Positions 24,512 through 38,782 of a DNA stretch of 64,000 bases are shown piece after piece. Source of the DNA: Octopus bimaculoides (Eukaryota); NCBI RefSeq assembly GCF_001194135.2, contig NC_068988.1, forward strand, positions 40,088,243-40,152,242. Direction: 5' to 3'. Each line of letters begins with the position of its first letter. Within the stretch, counting starts at the first letter, position 1. Under the pieces are notes generated by a model. That model was not told where the DNA came from. It searched no databases and was given only the letters and a program-made list of their open reading frames with translations. The position numbers were made by a program, and so were the translations under genes.

Positions 24512-27500
24512 GTAAGTATTATTTTGAAAAATCCTTTGGATATTACTGATCGAATTAATGCTAGAATAAACCATCAGTTATCCTTTACACTAATTACAAA
24601 ACAAACTGTGTACACAATAAACTGCTTCATATTGATGTTGAAAGCGTGAAACGATCATGGTTTTCACAAAGGGATTACTGACGTAAATGTAGTGAAATAA
24701 TTACATCTGGAAATCATAAGCCGGTCACGCCTAGAATATATGCAAATATTCTTAACACGCTTGGCATTCGTTTGTGATAAAATGTAAAGGAAGTAGCAAA
24801 AAATTGCTATTGTTCTAGTGCTAAAAATATAAGCTATAAATAATGCAGAACGGTAAATTACTCACACATAACACAAGACTAAGTACAGATAATAGTATGC
24901 TGATTGTATTTTACGTATAAAATTATTTTCTCTCTCTCTCGCTCTCTCTCTCTCTGTCTCCCTGTCTCTCTGTCTGTCTGTCTGTCTCTTTCTCTCTCTC
25001 TCTCTCCCCTCTCTCAACACTAACACACGCACATTCACGTTTACGAGTTAGTTAGTGGTATCTTGGAAAAGTAATATGGAATGAGCACATGAAAGAAAGA
25101 TCTTCAAACGTCAAGATGATTAGAAAATCGTATAAGGAACGTGGGTGGCATATATCATATAACCAGCTGAGATAGAATGTTGTGGATTTGTGAAGAGACG
25201 CAGTAAATCGTGTCCGGCTGGAACCAGGCATAGGAAGGATTGTAAAGTGATGATTCATGGAAGAAACAAATGTCTCATCACATATTGGCCGATGTGAGAC
25301 GAATATTTCAGCTAAGAACAAGGAAAAAATGATCAGCTATGAGTAAAATAAAAATAATTGGTGCATAGTTAGAGTGCATATATATTCAGAAAGCTTTTTG
25401 TAGTGTCTCCACTGACGAAGAGAGAGGGTGTGCACTACAGTGGGAACCCAAACAACATGGACATTCCTTGGTAGCATCAATACTACTTGGCTTCTCTAAG
25501 AGGAGGGATAGTATCGAAAGTTGGTTCAATTGTTCTAAATTTCATTCGGTATATGAAGGGAGTGCTCCGCAGAGCTTTATGTATAGAACTTACTATATGT
25601 AGATGCTTATACTCTTAGCACTTACCTAATAATTTTTGCAGTTTCTTGGGAAGTGTCACTTTCGGTGAAATAACATAGAACAAAAACATTTTCAACAATA
25701 TTGAGCAATATGATGCTCGTCACGAAAACCGCACCGATCTTTTATATAAAGACCATGCATCTCAAACCAGTATTTAGTAGAAGTCAGTGGAATATATAGG
25801 CGCTAATGCGTATTTGCAGCGACTGAACCCTTAAAAATGTCGTGGATGGCTTTAACACACACAAATTCACAAACACGCACACAGGCGGTCACACAGGTGT
25901 ACACACACAACCATATGCATACGCATGCACACGTACACACATACGAACACATCACTATTTCTCTTACCTTTTCTTCATAGCAAGCGCACATTTACATAGA
26001 GGCTTACATACACACAAGCTTAATACCAATTCTCATACGGACTCAGTGTACACCTTGAAGAAAGAGGACAAATCATTGAAGAGTTCACAAGCAAGCATCC
26101 GATAAAGTATTTAACCGGCACATGAAAGAAACGATCGGTTAGTTAGTTGGTTAAATATTTAATCAAATAGCTAACAATAAATGAATGATATAGAACCAGT
26201 TTGTGTGTTATAATTATTGGCGTAATGACCCTCCCAAGACACGAAACGTGAAACCAATTGAATAAGTATTTGCATAGATAAAATATCCAATGTTTGTCGT
26301 GTTTTATTTTTGTTCGTTGAATAATTCCTAAAATAGTTGTAAAATATCAACAGCAAAATATATGCTTCTAAACTGTAGCCTTACTTGGATTTGGAATATT
26401 GCAGTCAAGGTTTTAGATGCTACAATTTGTGGTCGTTTCCCTCTGTGCTCATAATTTTTATTATCTCCAACATCGGGCTCTATCTTGAGATTCAATTAAC
26501 TCCATCTTCTTTTGCATCGGCTGAGAAACATAATCAATTGGTAACGCAAAACTTAGTAATTCAACACTGCAATTCTGACCATGTCGCTGTCTAATTTTCC
26601 ATAATATTCATGATATGCTAAACACACAAGTATTACTTTACGTTGTACTTTGTTTCACCCTCTGAGAACTTAATTTCTTAAATGTGTACAGCAAATGTAG
26701 GTTTTGTAACTTGCAATAAACCACTGAAGTTGAATTAATATAAATGTGTTCAGTAAGTGTTTTAGTATTATACGTCAGGTCATTTAGGTTACGTAGATGA
26801 CCTGAAGTAGTGTCCACAAAACGCAAGACTACTTCAAAATTATTTGATTATCAGTTTTTTTCTTTATAGTTGTTTAGAATACACGCAGTAAACCAATCTT
26901 AGATACTGTTCTAGATAACTATTTTTAGATGATCGCTGTATAATAGGAATATATGATTTAGTGTAATCCGTTATATCTATAGTGATGTTTCAGAATTGTA
27001 ATAAGCAGGAGACTTGCTCCTTAGATATCCAGAAGCATAAAAAAAGGAGGAGAGTCATATGTATACTCTTTTGGAATATTTGAATTCTAGTACATTGTTT
27101 AAATTCTTTTCATAAAAGCTTATTTGCTTCAAATTCATTTCCAATCAGATCTATCTCATCCTGGTTGAAAATTTGTTGCAATGTGTATTCTTCTTGGTCA
27201 CTATATTTGCAGCCAACCTGGAGAAGTACCAACAGTTTTTTTGTCGTTATTTATAAACGCATCTGTTATCTGCATGTTATAAACGTCTGAGTTATTCTTC
27301 AGAAAAAACACAGCTCAAATATAATTTGCTGCAACTTCTTCGATTTCAGCAATCCAACTCGAATTTCTGTTAGACTTCAAATTCAGTTTCTAATATAATA
27401 CATGTTTGATATTTCGTGCATAAAAGCATCAGTATTTACGCTGCATAATTTGCCGTACTTAAAACAGGGTTAAAGCGAAGTATAAATGCTTGCAAAGCGA

Positions 27501-30465
27501 AACTCCAAAAGGTGTACATTTACCACCCCGCATGTCAATAAAAGAATAACATCCTAGCTTGCATCTGGTTGCTTTCGTAACAATTTTACATTACCTCTAC
27601 AGTTTACATTTCTCCCAATTTATTACAATTTCCATTTCATACCTTATCGAAAACAACATACAGTGAAACGTGGTAATAGAAATCGTTATATACATCAGAG
27701 AATTTAGAGCAGCATACGAGAATTGTAAGTGAATTAACAAACCCTACTTTAGATGTGTATTAAATTATTTTTCTTAAAAAATGTCTTTCTATAATTTTTA
27801 GTGTATATTTTACACTTTAAGTATTGACGTCTTCTTAAAGAGTACAAGATTATTATGTAGACGGCTTTCATAGGAAGATAGCATCTTCTATGACGAACAT
27901 AAAACATGAGAAGCTGCATGATTAGTAACTTTATACATCACTATGTAGTATGTAAGTTCCATTTTAGTGAATGTAAGATAGCAATAGATTGCAAGACGTA
28001 GAAAGAAAAAATATACAAATATACACACACACATACACACAGCTGCACCTCTTTCTATGGTTGCCAATGCATTATGTCATTAACATTATTACGGAAAGGG
28101 ACTTATCTGTTCAACACAATGCACAATGAGAAAAGCTGTTGCCTATATAATACATACATTGTTCTCTTGATTGAACAACTTTGGATTCACATAATTCAAG
28201 TTTTCTTCTCATTCTTCAATTCCATTCTGCTGGAAGGAGAGAAAATTTTGACTAATTTCTTTGAACCATATTCGATGAGATTACGCAAGTTTATTCATTA
28301 CTGCGTGTTAGCACTAAAGGGCATCAAAGGAATATTGAAACATCAACATATAATTTTGGATTATTGTACCATTGTAACGATCAAGATATCACAACCATTT
28401 TTAAATGATGCATAAATCAGCTGGATGAATATTTTTCAGCAGGCATTTGATTTGTAGCATAGGAAAACTCCCATTCTGCAATTATCTAATTAGAATTTAA
28501 TATATTGTTTCTAACATTATCTTGTTATATTGTTTAGTTGTATCTGACATGTTACAATACTTTTGTATAGTTTCTAATAACTGATAAATATGATAACATG
28601 TTAATATCTTCCCCGACACTGCTTCACTAAGAACTACTCCAGTTATCCTCAACATCAACAGGATTGTGTGTAACCAATGTACATGAGTATGCAAGCAGAA
28701 TTTAGCATTTTGCCTCGATACAGCAATCTTCCTAAAGCAAACTGATGTTATTGATATATAAATTAAGATTTGTTGTCAAAGCCATGCCCTCAATACTATG
28801 ATAAACAGCATTTTGTCATGACCTCAATGTCCTTTTTGGAGTGATATTTTTGAATATATGTTCCTTATCTATGGCTGAGAAATGAGAAGAATGTGACTGA
28901 TCGTTAAAACATGTTTAGAGAAATGATATAGGCCTCCTCGTTACATTGTATATTATACGTTGATTGTCTGGTTTAAATCTTCACGAGCAGCAGAAAAATA
29001 TAACATAAAATGGAATTTCACTCAAAATTGATATACATTTTGTTGTGTCTAGGGAGAGTCATTACGGCAATATTGATATTGCCCTCAATGCTTCAATTCC
29101 ACTCCTTTATTATTAGTCAATTGGTTAAATATCTATCTAACTAACTACTTGATCGTGTGTTTAATTTATTAGTTAAACAGTCAATAACGTTTTGCTTGTG
29201 AAAATACTTTTATTGCCACCCGCAACATTTTCGGTGACTTTTCCTTTGGTCCATTCCATAAAGAATCTTGTAAACGAAATACAAAATCCCAAATTGCTAT
29301 AGATTCGCTCTATATCTTACGATTAGCTATAAAAGTCAAACAGAACTTTCTCTCCCTTTCACATCTCTCTCTCCCTCTTTTTTCTTCTCTCTCCTTCACA
29401 CTCAAACATAAGGCAAGGCCTGAAATCTTTTTGTCTTCACTGCAAATAAATATACTTATTTCCCCTAGTGACGAATTGCTAATGACGCAGACCATCACCA
29501 ATTTCTTTACATCCTCGCGTTCACTGCAGAGGTTGAGGACTGCTAATACTGATTGGCTAGTTCTCATACCCGAATACTATCTTATTGCATTTCTCATCAT
29601 AATCTCTATCTAACGACTTCAACTTCTGTATGGTATATGATTTTTCGTGCGTATTTACTCATATCAATGCTATGTCTTTGTTCCTGATACATACATACAT
29701 ACATACATACATACATGTACATAAATATATATATATATATATANNNNNNNNNNNNNNNNNNNNNNNNNNNNNNNNNNNNNNNNNNNNNNNNNNNNNNNNN
29801 NNNNNNNNNNNNNNNNNNNNNNNNNNNNNNNNNNNNNNNNNNNNNNNNNNNNNNNNNNNNNNNNNNNNNNNNNNNNNNNNNNNNNNNNNNNNNNNNNNNN
29901 NNNNNNNNNNNNNNNNNNNNNNNNNNNNNNNNNNNNNNNNNNNNNNNNNNNNNNNNNNNNNNNNNNNNNNNNNNNNNNNNNNNNNNNNNNNNNNNNNNNN
30001 NNNNNNNNNNNNNNNNNNNNNNNNNNNNNNNNNNNNNNNNNNNNNNNNNNNNNNNNNNNNNNNNNNNNNNNNNNNNNNNNNNNNNNNNNNNNNNNNNNNN
30101 NNNNNNNNNNNNNNNNNNNNNNNNNNNNNNNNNNNNNNNNNNNNNNNNNNNNNNNNNNNNNNNNNNNNNNNNNNNNNNNNNNNNNNNNNNNNNNNNNNNN
30201 NNNNNNNNNNNNNNNNNNNNNNNNNNNNNNNNNNNNNNNNNNNNNNNNNNNNNNNNNNNNNNNNNNNNNNNNNNNNNNNNNNNNNNNNNNNNNNNNNNNN
30301 NNNNNNNNNNNNNNNNNNNNNNNNNNNNNNNNNNNNNNNNNNNNNNNNNNNNNNNNNNNNNNNNNNNNNNNNNNNNNNNNNNNNNNNNNNNNNNNNNNNN
30401 NNNNNNNNNNNNNNNNNNNNNNNNNNNNNNNNNNNNNNNNNNNNNNNNNNNNNNNNNNNNNNNNN

Positions 30466-30496
<31 letters not shown>

Positions 30497-31249
30497 GTTT
30501 GTATATGCGTAAGTGTGTATGTATGCACGTAGTTACGTCTATGTGTGTGTATGTGTGTGGGTTGCGTATGTGTCAGTGCATAGTTAAATATTTCAGCAAT
30601 GAATCATAGAACGAGACAAATGACTCTATACTCGGAAATTAATGTCTACCGTACAGCTATTCATAAAGCAAAAACAGATGAATTTATAAATAAATAAAAA
30701 ATTGTCTTGGCCAAAAATGAATATAAGCAAAATTTTTCGATGAATGCAACAGCGAAGAACAAATAACAGAATTACGAATATTATAATATATATAACAATA
30801 CCAATAATTATATAATATGTAATCATTGGCAATATAAAATGTTAAATCATCTTGAAGTAAGTTGGAATTATGCCTTAGGAAGATTTCTGTTCGGTTCTTT
30901 GATTGATTGGTTTGTTGATGAAAATGTTGTCTACACTAATGATTTGAATGATCTGGTGCTGGCAGTTTTGAATCGTTAGTATAATATTTGTTGTCTTTCT
31001 ACAAGGTGAGGTCTGTAATGGTTGTGATGGAACTGTTAGTATTCCTTAAGTGTGATGTAAATTGTGATGGTAGGTGTGACTGTAGTAGTAATAGCAGTAG
31101 TTGTTTTGATTGTGTTGGTAGAGTGCTCTGGAAGTTTCAGGTAGTAGTATTAGAGATGGCTTTAAGAATTGTGATGATAATAGTGTTGTGTTACTGATTA
31201 AGGTGCTGACGGAGGTTCTAAACCTAACAGAATCAGAAATGAATGGTAG

Positions 31250-31272
31250 GTGATGATGATGATGATGATGAA

Positions 31273-31325
<53 letters not shown>

Positions 31326-31335
31326 CGATGATGAT
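31250..31335. repeat. (GAT)n microsatellite
   Basis: Directly visible; source of the poly-D and poly-M ORFs. Confidence 0.95.
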
Positions 31336-33579
31336 AGCGATGTTGGTGTTGGTGATGTTTGTGGTGCTTGTGATGGTAGCGATAATGATGATTTTGCTGG
31401 TCATCAATGCAATTATAATGATAACTCCTTGAAGCTGTTTAATTCAACCAGCCATTTGGATGAACACATTTTCAACAGAGTAATTCTGATTTCTTAGTGT
31501 TTATATCCGTTTAAACATAATCCGGCAAAGAGAGTAAGTGTTAGTTACACGACAGTTGACAAAGTGTACAGCATGCAGTCTGAAATTTTTTTCTCGTCTG
31601 TGAAATTATTGTTGTTTGCTGGTTATTCTTCGCTGAGCGCACCTATATTATTCAAATTTTCTCCAACTGTGACAATCCCGCCACTGTTTTAACTATGGTA
31701 ATGTATGAGTTGAGGGAAATTTAACGGGTAACATGTTGAGCCTTCCTCGTTGGCTCTTAATCTGAGAAACAGGCATGAGCACCTGAATGGTATCGAAAAA
31801 GGAAGTTCTATCTTATGATGTCCGAGTTAAGTCTCATTTATTTGAAAAAAAGACATCGTAAGCGGGGCCATCTTAGCACATCTCTTCACTGTCGCGCAAA
31901 TCGCTGCACTGGGTCCTAAAGATTTGAACCTCTAGACTGTGAGGAACACCGGGAGGCTGCCCAGTCGGCCTATGCCTTAAAACAACACTGGTCTTGAGAT
32001 GAAAACTGATTATTGTACTTTCGTTTTGCAGTGGAGATGATTGCATATTAGTCGGGGAATATGCCTTATAGAATCATACTGGGTTCAAACACACACTGGC
32101 GCACACTGTTTGTCATTTTACACTATTTTTTCAAGGTGACACGGTTCAAATTTGATCTACTTTCTGCTATGTCGCTATTTTTAGCTTTACTTAGAACTTG
32201 TATTAAAGATATTTTTGTCCGGTCAGTTATAATTTATTACAAAATAAATGAAATTTGTTTTGCCGTATTCTTTACTTTTATTCATATCAACGCGTAATTT
32301 TAGAAGCACAAATCATGGAAGCACTGTAATTACAATGGAATTAAATGATTTGATGCAGTAATTTGCTAATGCAGTTCAATAAAGTAGTGCATGAATTGAG
32401 AAGAGCCAGGAACGTAAAAATCAACGAACTGTAACTTCTCACTGAAATATATTGCATTATTGATAATTTATTGCTGATTTCATCACACTATAGCAGTATT
32501 ACCAATTGCATTAAATATTCGGAACAAAGTTTTCAAGCAATCATTACATGAACGTGTTAATATTTTTAGATATCTGCTTCAGAAATACAGTGTAAAATTA
32601 CAATATTGATAAAAATTAACTTTAAACTCGAAATATGTTGATAGTTGTAAATATTTATTATAATGTAATAGGATTTGCATATATTACAGAATGATTGAAT
32701 ATATAATTGGAACACTGGCGGACAGGTACTATTGCTGGCATTATTTTGTAACACTTTATTTCTAGCTATACACGTTGACAGTGATGATATGACGGGCGTA
32801 TATTTCTAATTTTATTTCAGTGCTATCACGATATCAGAAAGATAGTTTGATCTAAAATGTTCAATCACCTAAAACTCTAAATATTGTATTAATACATATT
32901 CGGGTTTATTTATTTATCTTTAATGCTAGTACATCAAGCAATTGTTCATATCTCACCGGTATAATAAACTGAACATGAAACTGATTTCATCAGTTACTTA
33001 GCACCGGAAGGACGTCGAAATAAACTGAGTAGTATTTTTATAATGGTCAGTTTTATTCCAAACCATGCCCATTATACAATAGTTAATAATTAAACGTCTA
33101 AAAATCTTAGCTAATTGATAAAAAATTTACTTCGAGAGAAAATTCAACGACAGAAATAAGCTTCAAGTAAAGTTGAAATGATTAAATACGAATTCATAGA
33201 GACGACACCAAGGTGTACTACTTTAACTAAGCATAAAAATAACGTTGTAATAAAACTCAAATTTGCAACAAAATACCAAAGCTGATTTTCAAGTCAAAAT
33301 AAAGCAAAATTAGAACCAGAAATACCAGTAGTTGTAGCTTGAAATGCAACTATCTGTAGTGTCGCTCATTAAAAGAATTCTTTCATTATCAATTTCAGTT
33401 GATATGAAACTACATAAGGCAACATGCACAGAATATATAGATGTTATGATTCTATCGTTACCGAAATGTGAGATGCAAGGCACATTTAATATCCAAGTGA
33501 TTGTTTAATTTCTATATAGTAAACGAGACGATAAAATTATATATGCGAGATTTAGTGCAAATCAGTGTAGAGTACTTAA

Positions 33580-34196
33580 TATTGGTTTCAAATTTTGTCA
33601 CAAGGCCAGTAATTTCGAGGGAGGATCTAAGTCAATTACATCGGCCAAAATTCTTCGGCAGAATTTGAGCTAAGTGTAGACAGGGGAAATACTGCTAAGA
33701 AATTTGGCGAGACGTACTAAAGATTCTGCCAGCTCGCCGACGTAATAATCCTTTCTACTATAGGAACAAGGCCTGGAATTTGTGGGGAGGGTACTGGTCG
33801 ATTACATCGACCTCAGTCATTCACTGGTACTTAATTTATCGTTCTCGAAAGAAGGAAAGGCAACGTAGACCTCGGCGAAATCTGAACTCTGAACCTAGCG
33901 ACAGGCAAAATGCCGCTAAGCTTTTTGACTGGTGTGTTAACGATTCTGCCAGCTCGCCGCCTTAATTCTTTCTACTACAGGCACAAGGCCAGAAACATTT
34001 GGGGAGCGGATAGTTGATTGCATCGATCCCAGTTCTCAGCTGGTACTTATTTTATCGATCCCGAAGGTATGAACGGCAAAGTGGACCAAGGTGGAATTTT
34101 AACTCAGAACGTAAAGATAGACAAAATGTCGCTAAGCATTTCTCCTGGCGTACTAACGATTCTGTCAGCTACGATTCTGTCAGCTTGCCGCCTTAA
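33580..34196 (-). mobile_element. Three head-to-tail SINE family A copies (~33580-33740, 33751-33964, 33966-34196)
   Basis: On the plus strand each unit runs from CAAGGCC to GATTCTG(C/T)CAGCT(C/T)GCCG. The first unit lacks the central core. Confidence 0.85.
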
Positions 34197-34642
34197 TAAT
34201 AACAGCAATAGTAATAACCATAGTAATAGCAACTGATATGTACGCTTTGGGCTTAAGTTTCATGTGTTTATTCTGTAGCTTTTTTTGTTTTGTTCTTTTT
34301 TTTATTTTTCTTATTAAATGAATATAGACTGTTTCAGAGAAATAATGTTCCTGTGCCTGCCGGTGTATTTACAATGTTCCTATAGTATACTCTCATTTTT
34401 AATTTCGAGTTTTTTATTATTAATACTATCTTATGAGCTTATGATTGCTTTGAATGAATGCTCTGTTCCGACTCATATATTGAACAATAAAAAAAAAAGG
34501 AGAAAAATGCAAATTGAGTCACCAATTTTACAGGAACAATTTAACTTTTTATTAGATTATGTAAGGAGGAATATTGAAGACTTCATAATGTATGACTCAA
34601 ACTGTTACATTCTCAATACTAGCATATATATTTATAGATGCG

Positions 34643-34680
<38 letters not shown>

Positions 34681-34755
34681 AACACACACACTCACACACA
34701 CATACATATACAGTCATGTGCCTGTATGCGTTTGTGTGAACGATTCTTGTCTGTA

Positions 34756-34791
<36 letters not shown>

Positions 34792-35473
34792 GTTTGCGTA
34801 TGTGTGCGTGCGTGTATGTTAGTGTATAATTCTGTTTAAGATAAAAAGAAGAATGCTGAAGTGCAATAGACATTGTATATTTCTATTGCCTAAGAGAAAG
34901 TGCCGCGAATCATATACCGTTCACTAAACAGAACCACTCAATCATTTAGGTTTATTTGCAATTCTACTGAACACACATTAATATTCTGCATTTACTTATT
35001 AACAGGAAAAAGAAGTGGAGTTTCTTATGTAATATAGTATTGATACCAATACTTAATCAACAGTTGTAATTTACTTCTCCTTAGTAATGATGTAATTCAG
35101 ACTCCTGAATTATTTGAAGTCATTTAGAGAATTCTCAAAATCTAGTTTTTCATGTGTTTCGACTAAAAACAGTCCTAAAGTACGCTTGAATCAAGTTTCC
35201 ATGTCTGATAAAAACACATGGATGTTTATTTGTTGTTTGTTTTTTACATTCCATGGTTACGGAATTTATTTTGAACCCACAATGTCAAACCTTATCAATC
35301 CGATGCTCTTATGTGGTCCAAGAGGATACTAAACGCTAATGTCTTCTCTAGTCTAAAACCCCTTTAAACTCACACTAGACTAGAGGCTTCATTCTCGTTA
35401 ATCTCAGCATATCTGTAGATAATTTTTTGCCTGTTACAATATATTTCGAAGAGGCAATGTTATCATCAACCTC

Positions 35474-35877
35474 GTGGCTGTGTGGTGAGTAGCTTGCATA
35501 CCAACCACATGGTCCTGGGTTCAGTCCCACTTCGTGGCACCTTGGGCAAGTGTCTTCTACTATAGCCTCGGGCCGACCAAAGCTTTGTAAGTAGATTAGG
35601 TAGACGGAAAATGGAAGAAGCCCATCTTATATGTATATATTATATATGTATGTGTGTGTGTGTGTATGCTTGTGTGTCTGTGTTTGTCCCCCAACATCAC
35701 ATTATAACCGATGCTGGTGTGTTTACGTCCTCGTAACCTAGCGGCTCGAAAAATGACCCCAATAGAATAAGAAGTAGGCTTACAAAGAATAAGCTCTGGA
35801 GGCGACTTTCTCGACTAAAGGTGGTGCTTCAGCATGGGTGCAGTCAAATGACAGAAAAAATAAAAGAATAAAAGAAT
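35474..35877 (+). mobile_element. SINE family B, full length with central microsatellite
   Basis: GTGGCTGTGTGGT A-box-like, GGGTTCAGTCCC B-box, CCTTGGGCAAGT CORE-like motif, central (TA)/(TG) tract, AAAAGAATAAAAGAATA tail. Confidence 0.85.
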
Positions 35878-36224
35878 ACCTGACCAGGGATACTGAAAGT
35901 TGTCCTGGTTGGCCCCACGCACCCACTTCACACACCCACAACAGACCAGCCTGTCGATTCTCGCCGGTGTCCAGAGCTCCATGAGAATATCATTGCACAG
36001 TGTCTCATCCTCACTTCATTTCGGACGAAATACCTTGCGTAATTTATTCCAGCACTGTGCATTCTGAGTTCAAATCCTGCTGAGGTTATTTTTGCAGCCA
36101 CTCTTTTTTTCGGAGACATAAAATAAAATCAAGTAAAATACCACTCCATGACTTCAATTTCTGAGGCTACTAATGTGCAGACAAGTGGTGAGGTTTTCGT
36201 TAATCATCTCCTTATATATAGATT

Positions 36225-36424
36225 TCAAATTTTGGCACAAGGCCAGAAGGGATGAATCGATTATATCAACCCCGGTGTTTAACTGGTACTTTTTTTATCG
36301 AACCCCAAAGGAAGAACGGCAAAATCGACCTCTACGGAATTTGATCTCAGAAATGTGAAGACGTTCGAAATAGTGCTAAGCATTTTTCCTGGCATGCTAA
36401 TGATTCTGCCGGGTTACCGCCTTA
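36225..36424 (-). mobile_element. SINE family A copy
   Basis: CACAAGGCC...TGGTACTTTTTTTATCGAACCCC...CAAAATCGACCTCTACGGAATTTGATCTCAG...GATTCTGCCGGGTTACCGCC. Confidence 0.75.
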
Positions 36425-36689
36425 ATCTCCTTATATACATGTGTGTGTAGCTGGATATATACGCATATATCTGTCTCTGTTTTATACGGATAAACACGCT
36501 AACAGAGATACAGGCATATAGACAGACACACACGAACACAAATATATGTAGACGTTCACGCACGCAATCATGCCATCACTCCCACACACATACTTCTATT
36601 CTGAATTCTCTACGGTGAACTAATTAAGAATATAATTGCAAAGATATTCCTATCCGACAGAGTGATGTAAAAATCAATCCAAGTAATAT

Positions 36690-37043
36690 TGGTGATTGGT
36701 GGAACGTACCCATCAAAATTTCTTCCAAATGTAAACCCAAAACGTCGGATATAGTAATTGGAGTGATACAATAAAAGTGTTTTCTGCCATAGAGGTCAGG
36801 TTTCACCCGGATATGAATATCTTCGGAAATCAAAGAGCAAGATGATAGTTTGGACAACTGTTTTGAAACCTTCGGCTTCTATATCCATAATAAAAATGGA
36901 TGCATTTGCTTTGGTTGATAAATGCCTAAATAATTATCTAGAAAGGGTTTTCAGAAAAAAGAACCAACCCATTAAATCTAACATTAAAATCCGTAAGCGG
37001 AACAATACAAATTCGCAAGACTTTACTAAATTTCAATATATGA
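36690..37043 (+). mobile_element. R4/Dong-like RLE LINE 3' remnant (family 1, second copy)
   Basis: Frameshifted DWWNVPIKISSKCKPKTSDIVI...AIEV...KCLNNYLE...SVSGTIQIRKTLLNFNI*; homologous to 20395-20775. Confidence 0.7.
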
Positions 37044-38294
37044 CTTTTTTTTGCGTTTTAGTTACTTGCATTCCGATGAAAGAGATCTGTATCTTTGTTA
37101 TATACCAGTTCCTTTCTTAGCGGAAGACACTGAATAATTAAAAATATAACACACATACATACACATACACACACATTTGCACGCGCGCGCACACACACAC
37201 AGAGAACATGAACAAGAAAGAAGAAAAGTCGTAACATCTTTGACTGAGGATTACACCAAACGTTACCAATTATCGTTTCTACTGTGCCAGCATATTTAGA
37301 TATAGACAAAAATGGTATAAAATGCCAATCAAACCAATATTTCAGAAAATTTATCCTAACACAAATATATTAATGTAACCTAATGTACGTTAAATTCAAA
37401 ACGAACTCAAAATAATGTCTATAATATACAGACGCATTAAAAAGGAACGTTAAAATGGAATATAAAATTCTAACAAAAGCCACTTTAAAATTTATACTCA
37501 TGATGGCGTCAGTAATAAATTCTGCGTCACGATATTTAGTTATGTAGCTATTTATGTATGCTAAAAGATTTAGAAATATTATGCTAATCACATTATAGCA
37601 AATACATTTGTAATTAAGGTGCTATTCACTACTGAAATATTTATGAAAATGTTATTTTGGACCATTTGAACGTAAATCTAGCCTTGCAATGTGATAATTT
37701 TAATTTCGAAGAACCTGATTAATGTATTTACTCTCGGCAAAGATCTCAATTTAAATTACCAGTATTGTACGATGGAGCGTAACTAATAACTAGTTACTTC
37801 ATATCGTAGTTAATGTTTCTGTCTTTTAAATCCCAAATGCATTTACTAAGATTCTAAGGATTACATTACCGCGTAAACTTAAATTAAAACGAACTGTTAT
37901 GTAATCTAGATTTCCAAATTGTAGCATAAAAACCTGTGTAATAATACGTGCGATTCCCTACGATTATTATACATAGATATATTCTTTTCTTCATTTTCTA
38001 AAGCACATAACATTGTTTTTAAACTACAAAGTCGTTTATTCACTCGAATGTAGTACTCATGGTTAAAATAAATACTGATTCTGTTCTCGGAATTAGGTTC
38101 TAAACGAAGATTATTCTCACTATTATCACCAATATTATTCCTAGATATTATTCTTAAGATATTATCAATTTCACTGATGGAATTACCTTCACCAGTTGTA
38201 TCAAAAATTACTAGAGAAAAATTAGCATTAGAGTTTATCTTAAAACTATGACTTGGTTGGAATTGAGTTGTTCTACATCAGTTAGAAAGCAATT

Positions 38295-38535
38295 GGAAGT
38301 ACGTGGCTTAGTGACTAGCTGTTGAACACATGACCATAAAATTGTTTTCAACTGGGCGACGCGTTGTGTCTTTGAGAAAAACATTTCATTTCATGTCGGT
38401 GCAGCCGACTCAGCCGGCAAATATGAGTAATCCTGAAATGGAAGGGTGTCCCGTCCAAGTGGGGAATTTATAAGCCACGCCATGGAAACAGGGAAACTGG
38501 CCCTCATGAATCGGTATAACTCGAGAAGGTAACTT
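38295..38535 (+). mobile_element. Degenerate SINE family D copy
   Basis: GTGGCTTAGTG head, GTTGTGTCTTTGAGAAAAACA and GAAATGGAAGGGTGTCCCGTCCAAG; aligns with 19476-19722. Confidence 0.65.
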
Positions 38536-38718
38536 TTTTTACAGTAGATATATTGTCAAATTTTAATATTTTTAACGTGCTGGTGATTGAATTGTAAAAT
38601 TTTACGTTATGGCGATTATTTTACTTCGCGTACTTGACGGTGAGAAATATTTATCCAGTGCTGCAAATAATTTCCAGTGAATACTAGTGTGTGTATGTGT
38701 GTGTATTTGTATGCACGT

Positions 38719-38782
<64 letters not shown>

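Noticed and set aside
25060-25260. RTE-LINE 3' end
   Set aside because: Only vague similarity; no diagnostic motif intact.
27120-27235. Minus-strand open stretch VGCKYSDQEEYTLQQIFNQDEIDLIGNEFEANK
   Set aside because: Short, with no donor and no recognisable family.
28080-28500. Very decayed LINE RT (IFQQAFDL resembling DF.KAFD)
   Set aside because: One short motif amid many stops; cannot be supported by eye.
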